A stretch of DNA of 64,000 bases from Candidatus Acididesulfobacter diazotrophicus (GTDB lineage Bacteria > SZUA-79 > Acidulodesulfobacterales > Acidulodesulfobacteraceae), in the NCBI GenBank assembly GCA_004195025.1, contig SGBB01000004.1, forward strand, positions 53,478 to 117,477, in the 5' to 3' direction. Each line of letters opens with the position of its first letter. Within the stretch, counting starts at the first letter, position 1. This document shows positions 1 through 11,706 of this stretch, in pieces. A program made the position numbers and the translations under genes. The notes under the pieces were generated by a model. That model was given only the letters and a program-made list of their open reading frames with translations. It did no database searches and was not told where the DNA came from.

Positions 1-2770
1 TATGGCATTTTTTACGACAAGACCAAGCAGGAGAATTATCCCGATAAGAGCAATAACGCTTAAATTTCTGTGAGCAAGATATAACGCACCTATTGCTCCG
101 ATTAACGCAAGCGGAACGGAAAGCATAATTACTAACGGATCAACAAAACTATCAAATAAAGATGCTAATATCATATAAACAATTATTAATGCAAGAAGTA
201 AAGCTCCTCCCATTGAAGCAAATGACTGCTGTTGTTTTGAAGCCATACCTGAAAATTCATAAGTATATAAAGATTTTTTCGGAAGTATCTGTTTCATATA
301 TTCAGCCGCTTTTTTAATTCCAAATCCTAAAGGAACATGATTAGCCATATCGGCATAAACAGTAACGGAATTTTCTAAATCTCTCCTGTTGATTACCTGA
401 GGACCTATCGTCTTTTTTATGGTTATAAGATCTCTTAACGGTATAAGTTTGCCTTTATTATTTGAAACATATAGATTTTTAATGTCACCAGGTTTATTCC
501 TTTCGTTCCTGAATAATCTTATCTGTTGATTGTATATGTGATTTTCGTAAACAAAATTATAATTCTTAAAAATATTAATATCTCCGCCTATTAGAGCGTC
601 AATTGTCTCTCCTATTGACGCAACGCTTACACCTAAAGACCCTGCGATATTCCTTCTAATATGTATTAAAAGTTCAGGCTGATGAAATTGCATATTTGAT
701 GTTATATCTACAAGTCCATGAGTTTTTCTTAATTTATTTATCAATTCATTAGAATAAGCGGTAATTTTATGCAAATTTGGTCCCATAACTATAACCTGAA
801 GAGGCGCCACATTTTGAGAAGCCCCGCCGACATTCGGCATATCCATAACCTGAGTAATAACACCCGGTACAATTGCTAATTTTTTTCTTAATATTCCCAT
901 AACCTGCTGCTGATTTAAATTTCTATTGCTTTTAATCGCAACAAAGAACATACCTTTATATCTTGAACCGTTTGCGCCAAACCCTGTTGCCATAAAAATA
1001 CTTTTCAGAAAAGGCGTCTTTTGAACTATTTTATATAATTTTGTAGAATATTTTTTCATAACTCTGACGCTCGTTCCTTCAGGTGCCTGAAAATACACAA
1101 GAAAATTACCTGAATTTGACGGAGGCATCATTTCTTTGCCGATAAATTTAGTCATATACAAAGAACCGATAAATATAAGTAATGCTGTTAATATAACAAG
1201 CAATCTATGTTTTAAACTCCACGCAATCATACCTTTGTAAATATGCGTAATTTTTATCATCATATTTTCAAGAATTGTAAATAGCATGCCATGGTCTTTT
1301 TTATGGACGATAAACCTTGACGCAAGCATAGGAGTGAGCGTAAAAGATACGAACAATGAAACTAATACGGCAAAAGCAACAGTTAAACCAAATTCATAAA
1401 AAAACTTTCCTATCATGCCAGGCATAAAAGCGACTGGAATAAACACCGCAACAATAGACAAAGTTGTAGCCATAATAGCTATGCCTATTTCACTCATTGA
1501 GTTAAAAGAAGCGCTGACTCTTTCTTCTCCGTTTTCAACATGCCTGAATATATTTTCAATGACAACGATAGCATCGTCTATTAATAACCCTACGGAAAGA
1601 GACAGCCCAAGCATAGTCATATTGTTCAATGCGAAACCCATTAAATGCATAAATCCGAATGTAGAAATTATGGCAGCGGGTAATGATATTGCGGCAATTA
1701 GAGTAGTTCTTATGTCTTTTAAGAAAAAAAATACTATTAAAACAGTAAGAAGAGCGCCCCATATAATATCAAATTCAACCCCTGATATTGATCTTTCAAT
1801 ATACGTCGCGCTGTTATATGCGACAGACGCATGCACTCCCGGAGGAAACGAATATTTTATTTCATTTAAATAATTGATAGATTCACTTGCAACTTTTACT
1901 GCATTTGCATGCGTTTTAATAGTTATGCCTAAACCTACGGCAGGTTTTCCGTCGAAAGTAGTTATAGAAACAGCAGGAGCCTCATAATTTTTTGCAAGAC
2001 CTATTTGAGAAAACTTGACGGGAACACCGTTAATATTATTTATAATCATATTATTAAAGGCTTTTGAGCTGTGCAGTCTTCCTTTTAAATATGTAAAATA
2101 TGTTTTTGTATTAGTTTTTAAATTGCCGGTAGGCATTGCTACGCTTTGAGATTCTATTGCATTTATTATCTGATTTACGCCAAGGTTATGACTTATTAAT
2201 TTATTATTGTTTATATTAAATACCATTCTTCTGTTTCTTGCTCCGCTAACTATAACCTGTCCAACGCCGGATAATCTTTCAAATTTGCGCTGCAGCACTT
2301 TCTCGGCATAAAAAGTTAAAAATCTTTTAGAACGGTTTCCGCTCAAAGTAATCCATAAAATAGGCGAAGAATTTACATTTAATTTTTTTATTACGGGAGT
2401 ATTTATGTTCTTTGGTAATGTGTCTAAAATTGCATCTACATCAGCGGTTACTACTTCATATCTATGGTCTATATTTTTGTTTAAATGAAATTCAACGATA
2501 ACGGATGACTGCCCTACGCTGCTTGTGGACATAATATGTTTTATTCCGGAAACAGAATTTACAGCGTCTTCAATTTTTTTTGTAACATCAAGCTCCATTT
2601 CTTTAGGGCTTGCTCCAGGCAAGGTGGTTGTGACGGTAACAATAGGAAATTGAATATTAGGATAAAGATCTACAGCGAGGGTAAAGTATCCAAAAATACC
2701 CAGAACAACAAAGATACTTACCATCATTACGGCAAAAACAGGTCTTTTAATAGATATATCAGATATTTTC
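1..2770 (-). CDS. RND-family efflux transporter, inner-membrane pump subunit (AcrB/HAE1-like); C-terminal end runs off the left window edge
   Basis: My own minus-strand translation from the ATG at 2770-2768 gives MKISDISIKRPVFAVMMVSIFVVLGIFGY..., a canonical RND N-terminus. The frame stays open to position 1. It shares an operon with an adaptor and a TetR gene. It is absent from the ORF track because it is truncated. Plus-strand ORFs 1415-1873 and 2536-2802 lie antisense inside it. Confidence 0.85.
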
Positions 2771-2916
2771 ATAGCAATTTAGTTTGCTTTGTTTTGCTTT
2801 AATTAAATTTATTTTAAATTTATTAAATTAGTCTATTTCTAAATTATTTTTAGCAATTTAGCTAATTAGTTGAAATTAAATAAATTACATACGCATGCAT
2901 TGTACATTTAGTTAAG

Positions 2917-4119
2917 TTATTTGGCGACGGAGACTTTCTGTCCGTTTCGCACAAGATTTGATCCTTTCACTATTACATAATCATTTTTAGCTATACCTTT
3001 AACAATTTGTATATATCCGTTTTTAGTTGTTCCTGTTTTTACCTTTTTTATATAAGCTTTATTATTTTTGTAAATAAAGATAAAATTTCCGGTTAAACCT
3101 GTTCTTAAAGATGCTTCAGGAACAAATAATCCATTGTTTATTTTTTTTACTTTAATATCAACATTAGCAAATAACTGAGGTCTAAGTATTGATTTATCAT
3201 TTTTAAATATAGCTTTTACTCTGACCATTCTGGTTTGAGCATTAAGCTGCGGACTTATAAAATATATTTTGCCGCTAAATATTTTATGAGGAAAACCTTT
3301 TACTTTTGCCAGCACTGTCTGTCCTTTTTTAATTTGAGAAATTTGGCTTTGCGAAATATGAAATTCTATTTCAAGCGGTTTAAGGGAAACAATTTCATAG
3401 GCAACTTTATTTATGGGAACATAATCTCCCAGATTAATATTTCTTTTATAAACAATGCCGTTAATCAAAGATTTTATCAAAGTATCTCTATAATTTTTAG
3501 CATCAATACCGAGAACAGATTTATCGGAATTTAATGCCGATAGCGCCATTTTATAGTTTGAAACGGCAGTATCATACTCTAAAGGAGTTAAAAGCTTTTG
3601 TCTATACAACATTTTATCTCTTTTTAATGTCGATAGCGCAAGGGCGAGGTCGGCTTTATCTTTATTGACTACACCATGCTGAGCCTTTAAAGCATAATAA
3701 GCTTTTGTTCTGTCTATAACTGCCAGCACTTCCCCTGCATGAACCATATTGCCGTCATGAGCGTAAATTTTTACTACCTGTCCTGCAGTTCTTGATGAAA
3801 CATTTGCGGTTGTATACGGTATAAAATACCCGGGCGAAGAAATATATACATTTGCATTCATAACTTTAACTTTTTTTACTGTTACAAGAAGATTATGTTT
3901 TACCGTTATTTTTTTACTTGAGCAAGCGCTTAAAGTAAAAACAGATATAAGAATAAATATTAAAAGTAAAATAGGGGTCAAATGCCTGAATTCTTGACTC
4001 GGCATTTTATGCTTAGCATTAAAAGCTATATTGAGATTTGAATTTGAATTTGAATTAAATGTTTTTTTATTTTTATTATTACTTTTACTTGCTATAAATT
4101 TTACAATTTTATTTATCAT
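2917..4119 (-). CDS. Efflux pump periplasmic adaptor (membrane-fusion/HlyD family), probable lipoprotein
   Basis: 400-aa ORF with a coiled-coil hairpin segment (KAYYALKAQHGVVNKDKADLALALSTLKRDKMLYRQKLLT) and a beta-rich C-terminus typical of RND adaptors. It has a lipobox-like FTLSAC after a hydrophobic stretch. The first 38 Asn/Ser-rich codons look over-extended; the ATG at 4005 (MPSQEFRHL...) is a more plausible start. Confidence 0.8.
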   Translation of the reverse strand: MINKIVKFIASKSNNKNKKTFNSNSNSNLNIAFNAKHKMPSQEFRHLTPILLLIFILISVFTLSACSSKKITVKHNLLVTVKKVKVMNANVYISSPGYFIPYTTANVSSRTAGQVVKIYAHDGNMVHAGEVLAVIDRTKAYYALKAQHGVVNKDKADLALALSTLKRDKMLYRQKLLTPLEYDTAVSNYKMALSALNSDKSVLGIDAKNYRDTLIKSLINGIVYKRNINLGDYVPINKVAYEIVSLKPLEIEFHISQSQISQIKKGQTVLAKVKGFPHKIFSGKIYFISPQLNAQTRMVRVKAIFKNDKSILRPQLFANVDIKVKKINNGLFVPEASLRTGLTGNFIFIYKNNKAYIKKVKTGTTKNGYIQIVKGIAKNDYVIVKGSNLVRNGQKVSVAK

Positions 4120-4135
4120 TTTTATGATCCTTTAA

Positions 4136-4750
4136 TTAATTTTTAACTCCGTCAATAAAAATATTATATATTTCAATTGCTTCCGATTTAATTAAATTTT
4201 CGTCAAATTCAACCGCATTGGTTTTAAAATTATAAATGGCATTAGTTTTAATAAGCGAGATAAGATAAAAACCTGATTTTAAAGGATTAAGCCAATTTTT
4301 AAAAATTCCTTCGTCTATACCCTTTTTAATTATTTCAGAAATAAATTCGGCATATTTTTTTCTTCTTAAATTATAAGATTCCTGCGAAGTTTTTTTTAAA
4401 AATACGACATTCATTTCATCTAAAAAAACAGTCTTAAAAAAATATTTATTTTCGTTTATATATAAAAGATTTTCGTATATTAAAGTTCTAATTTTTTCTT
4501 CAGGTGTTTTTTCATTGTTTACTTTATGCGCCATCCTTTCAAACATATTTTGAAAACCGCTTTTTAAAACATTTTCCAGCACATCATTTTTGTTTTTAAA
4601 ATACAAATAAACGGTTCCTTTTGCAATACCTGCATTATTAGCCAGTTTATCCATAGTAAAATTAGAAAATCCTTCTTCTCCTATAAGTTTCCTGGCCGAT
4701 TTTAAAATAGAATCAAATTTATTTATTTTTATAGATTCTTCTTCAGTCAT
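4136..4750 (-). CDS. TetR/AcrR-family transcriptional repressor of the adjacent efflux operon
   Basis: N-terminal helix-turn-helix FTMDKLANNAGIAKGTVYLYFKNKNDV is the TetR signature. Its size (204 aa) and its position as first gene of the efflux operon also fit. Confidence 0.85.
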   Translation of the reverse strand: MTEEESIKINKFDSILKSARKLIGEEGFSNFTMDKLANNAGIAKGTVYLYFKNKNDVLENVLKSGFQNMFERMAHKVNNEKTPEEKIRTLIYENLLYINENKYFFKTVFLDEMNVVFLKKTSQESYNLRRKKYAEFISEIIKKGIDEGIFKNWLNPLKSGFYLISLIKTNAIYNFKTNAVEFDENLIKSEAIEIYNIFIDGVKN

Positions 4751-4908
4751 ATCTTTTAATTAAATTAATTAAATTTATTAAATTTATTATTTTTTATATA
4801 TAGCGATTATTTAATTTCATAATTATTTATTATAATGACTTTATAGTCATAAGTCAAACAAATACTTTAATTCTTCCTATCGGTATAGATATTATCTAAG
4901 ATTTAAAT

Positions 4909-5475
4909 TTAATTTTGGCAATACTGCATTAGCGGCTGTTTAATTTTTTTAATTAAAAATGATAAAGCAAGGAGCATAATAAAAAAATATATTATACTAA
5001 AAATTAAATGAACGGCAGAATTAAATTGAATATTTAAAATAAATACAATAAGATTTAATAATATTAATATCGGAAACGACCATAGTAATATCCATCCTTC
5101 ATAAAAATGAAAACAATGCGCTTCTTTGCCGTATAATCCGCCCAAACCTGCTAATACTAATCCTATTGAAATTATAATTGAAATATCTTTAAATAAAGCA
5201 TTAAAATTAAAAAAGTAAAAAGAAACAGCACTAAGGAGTATTCCTGCTATAATACAAGAAAGTATAAAAATCTTAACTTCTTTCTTCCAAACAAGAAGAA
5301 ATATTCCTGAAAGAAGTGTTCCTGTTTCAAAAATTGCAAGTCCGAGCAATATATAATTTAAACTGTTAAAAATATATGAAAAAACAAATATCAAAATTCC
5401 TATAAATCCGATAACATAACCAATCCTGTATGTTATGTCGTAAGATTTAGGATAATAAACATCGTCTTGACTCAT
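4909..5475 (-). CDS. Hypothetical polytopic membrane protein (about 6 hydrophobic segments)
   Basis: 188-aa ORF that is almost entirely hydrophobic helices. I recognise no family motif. Confidence 0.5.
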   Translation of the reverse strand: MSQDDVYYPKSYDITYRIGYVIGFIGILIFVFSYIFNSLNYILLGLAIFETGTLLSGIFLLVWKKEVKIFILSCIIAGILLSAVSFYFFNFNALFKDISIIISIGLVLAGLGGLYGKEAHCFHFYEGWILLWSFPILILLNLIVFILNIQFNSAVHLIFSIIYFFIMLLALSFLIKKIKQPLMQYCQN

Positions 5476-5538
5476 TGTAATATAATATAATATAAGATAT
5501 ATAAATCTTTAATTTATTAGTTTTATGTAATATCCCCG

Positions 5539-5569
5539 CCTAAAATTTTTAGCTTCAGCTAAATTTGGG
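5539..5569. repeat. CCTAAAATTT...AAATTTGGG hairpin, short member of the CCAAAATT inverted-repeat motif family
   Basis: cctaaaatttttagc-ttca-gctaaatttggg lies just downstream of the M16 peptidase gene on the minus strand. The same CC(C)AAAATT / AATTTTGG(G) arms recur at 22054/22271, 35974/36028 and 43129. Confidence 0.45.
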
Positions 5570-5683
5570 TTAAATAATCGTTTTAATTTTAAAATTTTTA
5601 AATAAGATTACGTATTTTATTTGTAATATATTGTAATATGAAGCTAATTTAAATAGGTTCATTATTTTTATATAAATAATTAA

Positions 5684-6967
5684 TCATTGTATGTCTTTGC
5701 CGAGAATAGTTATTAAAGGACCTTTTTTGCCAGAAAATATTTTTTTAACTAAACTAAATATTAAATCTCCATTCACGGCTTCTATTTTTTTTAATACCTG
5801 ATTTTTTGAAATATATTTTTTATAATAAATTTCATTCAATGCATTCCTAGTCATTAAATTGTTTGACGACTCTATTCCGAGCAGGAAACTATCTGAAACG
5901 TGTTTTTTGGCATTTAATATGTCATCCTCGCTAATTTTATTTTCACCTAATTCATTGACAATATCTAAAATAACATTTTTTGCAGTATTAAATTTATCAT
6001 TTGCAACTCCGGCATATATTGATAAATAGCCGTCCGCTTTATGAAAAACACTATTGGAATAAATAGAATATGCCAGTCCCTTTTTTTCCCTTACTTCTTG
6101 AAATAAGCGGGAACTGACAGACCCTCCGAGAACGGTATTTAAAATTTCCATAATATAATATTCTTTATCTGTTTTCTTTATCCCGTCAAATCCAATCACA
6201 AAATGAATTTGTTCTAATTCTTTGCAGTGGAAAAATTCGCCGTAATTTTTTGATATTTTTTTATTTACGACGGTCAAATTATCCAAATTACCGAGAATTA
6301 TACTATTATTTAGTTCGGCGTTATTGTTTTCTTTATAAAATTTTTTTATAAATTTATCTATTGATTCAACAACTTTATTATGGTCGATATTTCCTGCCAC
6401 TGATACTATAATATTTTTAGGAATATAATATTCATTAAAATATTTAATAATTTTATCCCTGTCAAAACCCCGGATTGTTTCGGCAGTTCCAAGTATAGGG
6501 TTTCCATATAAAGAATTGCCGTAAAAATCTTTATAAAAAAGGTCATGGACATAATCATAAGGGTCATCCTGCGCACCCATAATTTCTTGAAGCACGACTG
6601 ACTTTTCTTTTTCTATTTCGCTTGCCGAAAACAATGAATTAAACATTATATCCGTAAGCAAATCAATAGCTCTTTCATAATTTTTTGCTAAAACTTTTGT
6701 ATAAAAACAAGTCAATTCGTTTCCAGTAAAAGCATTTAATGCGCCGCCCATAATATCAATTTCTTTATCAATATCTAAATATGAGCGTTTTTTAGTCCCT
6801 TTAAAAAGCATATGTTCTATAAAATGCGATATGCCGTTGATATCCGAAGGTTCGTTTGCGCTGCCTGTTTTTACCCAGAAACCTATTGCAATAGAATCAA
6901 AATATGATTTTCTTTCGGTTATAACAGTTGCGCCTGAATCTAATATGTCTTTATAAACCTGTCTCAT
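5684..6967 (-). CDS. M16-family (pitrilysin-like) zinc metallopeptidase
   Basis: Inverted zinc motif HxxEH in GISHFIEHMLFKGT near the N-terminus. It is 427 aa and lies downstream of pnp, a common arrangement. Confidence 0.85.
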   Translation of the reverse strand: MRQVYKDILDSGATVITERKSYFDSIAIGFWVKTGSANEPSDINGISHFIEHMLFKGTKKRSYLDIDKEIDIMGGALNAFTGNELTCFYTKVLAKNYERAIDLLTDIMFNSLFSASEIEKEKSVVLQEIMGAQDDPYDYVHDLFYKDFYGNSLYGNPILGTAETIRGFDRDKIIKYFNEYYIPKNIIVSVAGNIDHNKVVESIDKFIKKFYKENNNAELNNSIILGNLDNLTVVNKKISKNYGEFFHCKELEQIHFVIGFDGIKKTDKEYYIMEILNTVLGGSVSSRLFQEVREKKGLAYSIYSNSVFHKADGYLSIYAGVANDKFNTAKNVILDIVNELGENKISEDDILNAKKHVSDSFLLGIESSNNLMTRNALNEIYYKKYISKNQVLKKIEAVNGDLIFSLVKKIFSGKKGPLITILGKDIQ

Positions 6968-7216
6968 AAATTTTTAATTGTTTATTTAATAGTATAATAT
7001 AAATAGTAAAATAGTTTTAACCCAAGTTTACTATTGTTGCAGTAAACCATTGATAAACCACACTTTTTTTATTTTTTATAGTGGTTACAAAATATTTTAT
7101 AAAACACTTATAAACATTGAATCTTTAAAAATAAATGGTAAAGTTGGTTTAAGTACTAATGAATATATTAATGTTATATAAACTTTTTATATAAGCATTC
7201 AAAATAAAAAAAATTA

Positions 7217-7257
7217 TTAAGTTCTTAAATTACCGTAATAAAAATTTAAGAACTTAA
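7217..7257 (-). terminator. Rho-independent terminator downstream of pnp
   Basis: 14-bp perfect stem ttaagttcttaaat / atttaagaacttaa with a 13-nt loop, about 40 nt after the pnp stop. On the minus strand it is followed by a T-run (plus strand aaaataaaaaaaatt at 7201-7215). Confidence 0.6.
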
Positions 7258-7298
7258 TTTATTATAAAACAATTACATCTAAGCTATCTAATCTTTTC

Positions 7299-9380
7299 TT
7301 ATAATGCGGCTTTTCGAGATAGTTTAATTTTACCTGCTTTGTCGATATCTATAACCTTAACCTTTACTTCATCGCCTTCTTTCAGAATATCTAAAACATT
7401 TTCAACTCTCTTTTCATCAAGCTGAGATATATGAACTAAACCGTCCGTTCCCGGAAAAATTTCTACAAAAGCTCCGAATTCCATTATTTTTCTAACTTTG
7501 CCGTAATAAATTTTTCCTATTTCAGCTTCCTGAGTAATGTCGTTTATTATTGCAACGGCAATATCTAAAGAATTTTTATCGGACGAATATATATTAATTT
7601 TTCCTGTATCGTCAATATCTATCTTAGCTCCGCTTTTTTCAATTATTCCTTTAATAACTTTACCGCCCTGCCCAATAATTTCTCTGACTTTGTCGGGTTT
7701 AACCTTCATTGTTATAATTTGAGGAGCGTTAGGAGCAAGTTCTTTTTTTGGTTCACTAATGGTTTTAAGCATAATATCAAGAATAACGATACGCCCTTCC
7801 TTAGCTTGAGCTAAAGCCTTACGCAATATATCGTCAGTTACGCCTGCAATCTTAATATCCATTTGAAGAGCGGTAACACCGTTCCTTGTACCTGCAACTT
7901 TAAAATCCATATCCCCAAGATGGTCTTCGTCCCCGAGTATATCGGTTAAAATTGCAACCTTTTCATTTTCTTTGATAAGCCCCATTGCAATACCTGCTAT
8001 AGGCGATTTAATAGGCACTCCTGCATCCATTAGCGATAAAATCGCTCCGCAAATTGTTGCTTGCGATGATGAACCGTTTGATTCAAGGATTTCGGAAACG
8101 ACTCTTATCGTATAAGGAAATTCGTCTTTAGAAGGAATAACATATCTTAAAGCTTTTTCGCCAAGCGAACCGTGTCCTATTTCACGCCTGCCGGGACCTC
8201 TTAACGGAGCAACTTCTCCAACCGAAAACGGAGGAAAATTATAGTGGATCATAAATCTTTTAAATGATTCTTTTTCCGGCGCATCAATGATTTGTTCGTC
8301 AAATTTAGTACCCAAGGTTGTCACAACTAAAGCTTGAGTCTCTCCTCGAGTAAAAACCGCAGAACCGTGAGCCATTGGAATTTCGCCGATAGAACAGGTT
8401 ATCGGCCTAATATCTTTTAAGCCTCTGCCGTCTATTCTCTTGCCTTCATCTAATATCAAATTTCTTAGTATTTCTTTTTGTATGTCTTCAAATACGCTAT
8501 AAATTAAATTTTCATTATCAGGATAAATTTCGCTGAATAAAGTATTAGTCTTTTCTCTAAGTAATGAGATTGCTTCATTTCTTTCCTGCTTAGAAGTAAT
8601 TAATACACATTTTTTTAATTCGCTATATGCATTTTCTTTAATTCTTTCTACAAGCTCTTCAGGCATAGAAGGCAGAATAATTTCCATTTTTTTTGTATCT
8701 AACTTTTCTAAAATAGAATTTTGAAATGATACTAATTCTATTATTTTACTATGCCCAAAATTTATTGCGGAAAGAATATCTTCTTCGTCTAATTCGTCAA
8801 AACTTCCTTCTACCATTGTTATTGCATCTATAGAACCCGCTATTACGAGATGAGTATCGCTTTTTTCAATTTCCTGATATGTCGGATTAATAATAAATTC
8901 TCCGTTTATTCTTCCTACTCTAACCCCTGCGGTAGGACCGTTAAAAGGGATTTCCGAGGACATAAGCGAAAATGAAACGCCGAGCATAGCTGCCATATCA
9001 GGGTCATTTTCCTCATCCATTGATATGACGGTTGCAATGACCTGCGTGTCAAAAAAATAATTTTCCGGAAAAAGGGGTCTTATCGGACGATCTAAAAATC
9101 TTGAAGTAAGAACTTCTTTTTCGGTAGCTCTTCCTTCTCTTTTAAAGAAACCTCCCGGTATTTTGCCTGCTGAATAAAATTTTTCAACATAATTTACCGT
9201 TAAAGGCAAAAAATCCGTTCCTTCTTTAATATTTTTATTTACACAGGTAGTAACAAGCACTTTAGTCTTGCCGATAGTAACTAACGCGCTGCCGCTTGCC
9301 TGCTTAGCTAATCTGCCTGTTTCAATAGTAATTTTTTTGCCGTCTAAATCTAAACTTTCAACAATACAGTTATTTGCCAT
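7299..9380 (-). CDS. pnp: Polyribonucleotide nucleotidyltransferase (PNPase)
   Basis: 693 aa with two RNase PH-like halves and C-terminal KH and S1 regions (GKIYYGKVRKIMEFGAFVEIFPGTDGLVHISQL). It lies immediately downstream of rpsO. Confidence 0.95.
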   Translation of the reverse strand: MANNCIVESLDLDGKKITIETGRLAKQASGSALVTIGKTKVLVTTCVNKNIKEGTDFLPLTVNYVEKFYSAGKIPGGFFKREGRATEKEVLTSRFLDRPIRPLFPENYFFDTQVIATVISMDEENDPDMAAMLGVSFSLMSSEIPFNGPTAGVRVGRINGEFIINPTYQEIEKSDTHLVIAGSIDAITMVEGSFDELDEEDILSAINFGHSKIIELVSFQNSILEKLDTKKMEIILPSMPEELVERIKENAYSELKKCVLITSKQERNEAISLLREKTNTLFSEIYPDNENLIYSVFEDIQKEILRNLILDEGKRIDGRGLKDIRPITCSIGEIPMAHGSAVFTRGETQALVVTTLGTKFDEQIIDAPEKESFKRFMIHYNFPPFSVGEVAPLRGPGRREIGHGSLGEKALRYVIPSKDEFPYTIRVVSEILESNGSSSQATICGAILSLMDAGVPIKSPIAGIAMGLIKENEKVAILTDILGDEDHLGDMDFKVAGTRNGVTALQMDIKIAGVTDDILRKALAQAKEGRIVILDIMLKTISEPKKELAPNAPQIITMKVKPDKVREIIGQGGKVIKGIIEKSGAKIDIDDTGKINIYSSDKNSLDIAVAIINDITQEAEIGKIYYGKVRKIMEFGAFVEIFPGTDGLVHISQLDEKRVENVLDILKEGDEVKVKVIDIDKAGKIKLSRKAAL

Positions 9381-9451
9381 TGTATTTAATCTCCGTCGCT
9401 TTTATTGCCTGATATAAAACTAAATGGCAATATAGTTAAATTAATTTAAAA

Positions 9452-9721
9452 TCATTTTCTAAGATCAAGAGATTCTATCAATGATTTATATCTTTCTTCA
9501 TTTTTGCCTTTAATATAATCAAGAAGATGTCTCCTCTTTGAAACCATTTTTAAAAGTCCTCTTCTTGAATGATGATCTTTAGCGAACTTTTTAAAATGTT
9601 CAGATAATAAATTGATGCGGTAAGTTAATAATGCAACCTGCACTTCAACTGAACCTGAATCAGAATCGTGCTTTTTAAATTTCCCGATTATTGACTGTTT
9701 TTCTTCCTTTGAAATAGCCAT
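9452..9721 (-). CDS. rpsO: 30S ribosomal protein S15
   Basis: 89 aa: [42 protein letters not shown] is the S15 signature region. Confidence 0.95.
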   Translation of the reverse strand: MAISKEEKQSIIGKFKKHDSDSGSVEVQVALLTYRINLLSEHFKKFAKDHHSRRGLLKMVSKRRHLLDYIKGKNEERYKSLIESLDLRK

Positions 9722-9852
9722 CTAATAAATTCCTCCAAAAAAATAGTTTAAAATATTATATGTTAATTTTTATCTTTATTAATTAGTTAAATCTTTATAA
9801 ATTAAATCTTTTAAGTAAAATATGCCGAGTCAAATCTGTGAAATAAAATTTA

Positions 9853-10587
9853 CTAAGTTAAATTTACATTAATCAAATTGCTTATAATAAAATCTTTTCC
9901 TTTTTCAATATCTTTAAAAGGTATAGCGTTAGAAATATCGTATCCGCCAGCATTTGTTCTTCTGAGAGAAATAAGACTCATAGGCAAATTAAATTTATCT
10001 AAAATATCTTGTGCAAAAGCTCTAATGTAAGTGCCTTTGGAAACCTTACACATAAAATTAATAAAAAACCCTTCTATGGATTTAATTTCAAATTGATAAA
10101 TATGAACCGCCGAAGTCTTATTGACAATTTCATCGGGCAATTCATTGCTTCCATTATTTTCATTCTTTCTGGCATATTTATAAAACGCTATGCCTTTATA
10201 TTTTTTAGCGCTGTATAAAGGAGCTTTTTGAATAATATCTCCTTTTAAATCTTGCAGATATTTTGCTATTTTAACAACATCATCATCGGTAATTTCTTTT
10301 TCTATGACTATTTTGCCCGAAGCATCAAGTGTATCGGTAAATTCGCCGCATTTAAACGTTCCTTCATATGACTTTGGCATATTAAGAAACTTATCCTGTA
10401 ATTTTGTTGCATTATTGATTAAAACAGGTAAAACTCCGGTTGCAAACGGGTCAATAGTGCCTGCATGTCCAACTTTTTTACAATTTAATGTTTTTTTTAT
10501 AAAACTGTCAACGCCGAAAGAAGAAATATCCGACGGCTTGTCTATTATCAAAAGTCCTGACTTAAAGAACTTCTCTGCAGTATTCAT
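9853..10587 (-). CDS. truB: tRNA pseudouridine(55) synthase TruB (short form, no obvious PUA domain)
   Basis: Catalytic motif GHAGTIDPFATGVLPV, plus its position between nrnA/rbfA and rpsO. Confidence 0.9.
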   Translation of the reverse strand: MNTAEKFFKSGLLIIDKPSDISSFGVDSFIKKTLNCKKVGHAGTIDPFATGVLPVLINNATKLQDKFLNMPKSYEGTFKCGEFTDTLDASGKIVIEKEITDDDVVKIAKYLQDLKGDIIQKAPLYSAKKYKGIAFYKYARKNENNGSNELPDEIVNKTSAVHIYQFEIKSIEGFFINFMCKVSKGTYIRAFAQDILDKFNLPMSLISLRRTNAGGYDISNAIPFKDIEKGKDFIISNLINVNLT

Positions 10588-11644
10588 ATATATCCTTTTT
10601 AATATTATTTAAATCACCGCTTACTTTGCATCCTGCCGCAAATTTATGACCTCCTCCGCCATACTTTTCTGCAACTTTAGCAACATTGGCATAGCTTTTG
10701 GCTCTAAAACTTAGCCTATATTCATTAAATGAAGCTTCTTTAAAAAAAATAGCAATTTCAACACCGTTAATTGACCTCGGATAATTAACGAAATTTTCAA
10801 AAAGTGCCATGCCTTTTTGCTGGTTTTCATTATTTTCAAATACTTCATTTAACATTTGTTTAGAACCAATCATCGATGCAATTTTTCCGTCTTGAACTAA
10901 TTCAAGCGTTGCTAAACTTTTTGCTAAAAGTCTATATTGCTCTTGAGGTTTTGTTTCATATATTTCTTCGGCAATTTTAGCGGGATTTATATCATATTGA
11001 TTTAAAACAGAAGCAATATAGAAAGCATTTTTGGTAGCCGAAGCATATCTGAAAGAGCCTGTGTCTGTTAATATTGAAGCATAAAGGCATATTGCTATAT
11101 CTTTATTTATTTTAGATAATACTTTTTGTCTTTCTTCTATTTTACAGGGTAATTCATCGCCAATTTTATATTCTATTTTATTTTCTTTTGCGCCGTAGGC
11201 AGCAAAAAGATAAAACAATACTTCTCCCGTCGAACTTGCATCCGGAATAACAAGATTAGCATGTCCAAAATTATTATTAGTAAAATGATGGTCAATATTA
11301 ATTATTCTATTAATCGACAGCAAATTTTCATACCCGTCGCCGATTCTTTGAAGTTCGCCGCAATCCACTACAATAAGTAAATCTATAGGTTCCGCAGGAA
11401 ATTTCTGGGAAAAATCTTTTGACCACGGCAAAAATCTTAAATTTAGCGGTATAGGGTCTTTATCATAAAGATATATCTCTTTATCAAGCGATTTTAAAAA
11501 CATTCCCATAGACATAGCCGAACTTATCGCGTCGCCTTCAGGGTTTTCATGGGTTACAATAAGTATTTTTTTAGATGTCTCTATTAAATGAAATATTTCA
11601 TCAACATTAGCAGAAAAACTATTAATATTACTCAAATTATACAT
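10562..11644 (-). CDS. nrnA: DHH/DHHA1 phosphoesterase, NrnA-like oligoribonuclease / pAp phosphatase
   Basis: DHH motif (NIDHHFTNN) and DHHA1 motif (GGGGHKFAAG). It is conserved between rbfA and truB. Confidence 0.75.
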   Translation of the reverse strand: MYNLSNINSFSANVDEIFHLIETSKKILIVTHENPEGDAISSAMSMGMFLKSLDKEIYLYDKDPIPLNLRFLPWSKDFSQKFPAEPIDLLIVVDCGELQRIGDGYENLLSINRIINIDHHFTNNNFGHANLVIPDASSTGEVLFYLFAAYGAKENKIEYKIGDELPCKIEERQKVLSKINKDIAICLYASILTDTGSFRYASATKNAFYIASVLNQYDINPAKIAEEIYETKPQEQYRLLAKSLATLELVQDGKIASMIGSKQMLNEVFENNENQQKGMALFENFVNYPRSINGVEIAIFFKEASFNEYRLSFRAKSYANVAKVAEKYGGGGHKFAAGCKVSGDLNNIKKDIYEYCREVL

Positions 11645-11706
11645 TTATAATTTTTTATCCTTTTATTTTAATTATTATATAAAACATATACTATAAATTA
11701 TTGCCG

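Noticed and set aside
1415-2802. Plus-strand ORFs 1415-1873 and 2536-2802 and minus-strand ORF 1556-1762
   Set aside because: All fall inside, or out of frame with, the truncated RND pump gene, whose minus-strand frame is continuous from 2770 to 1.
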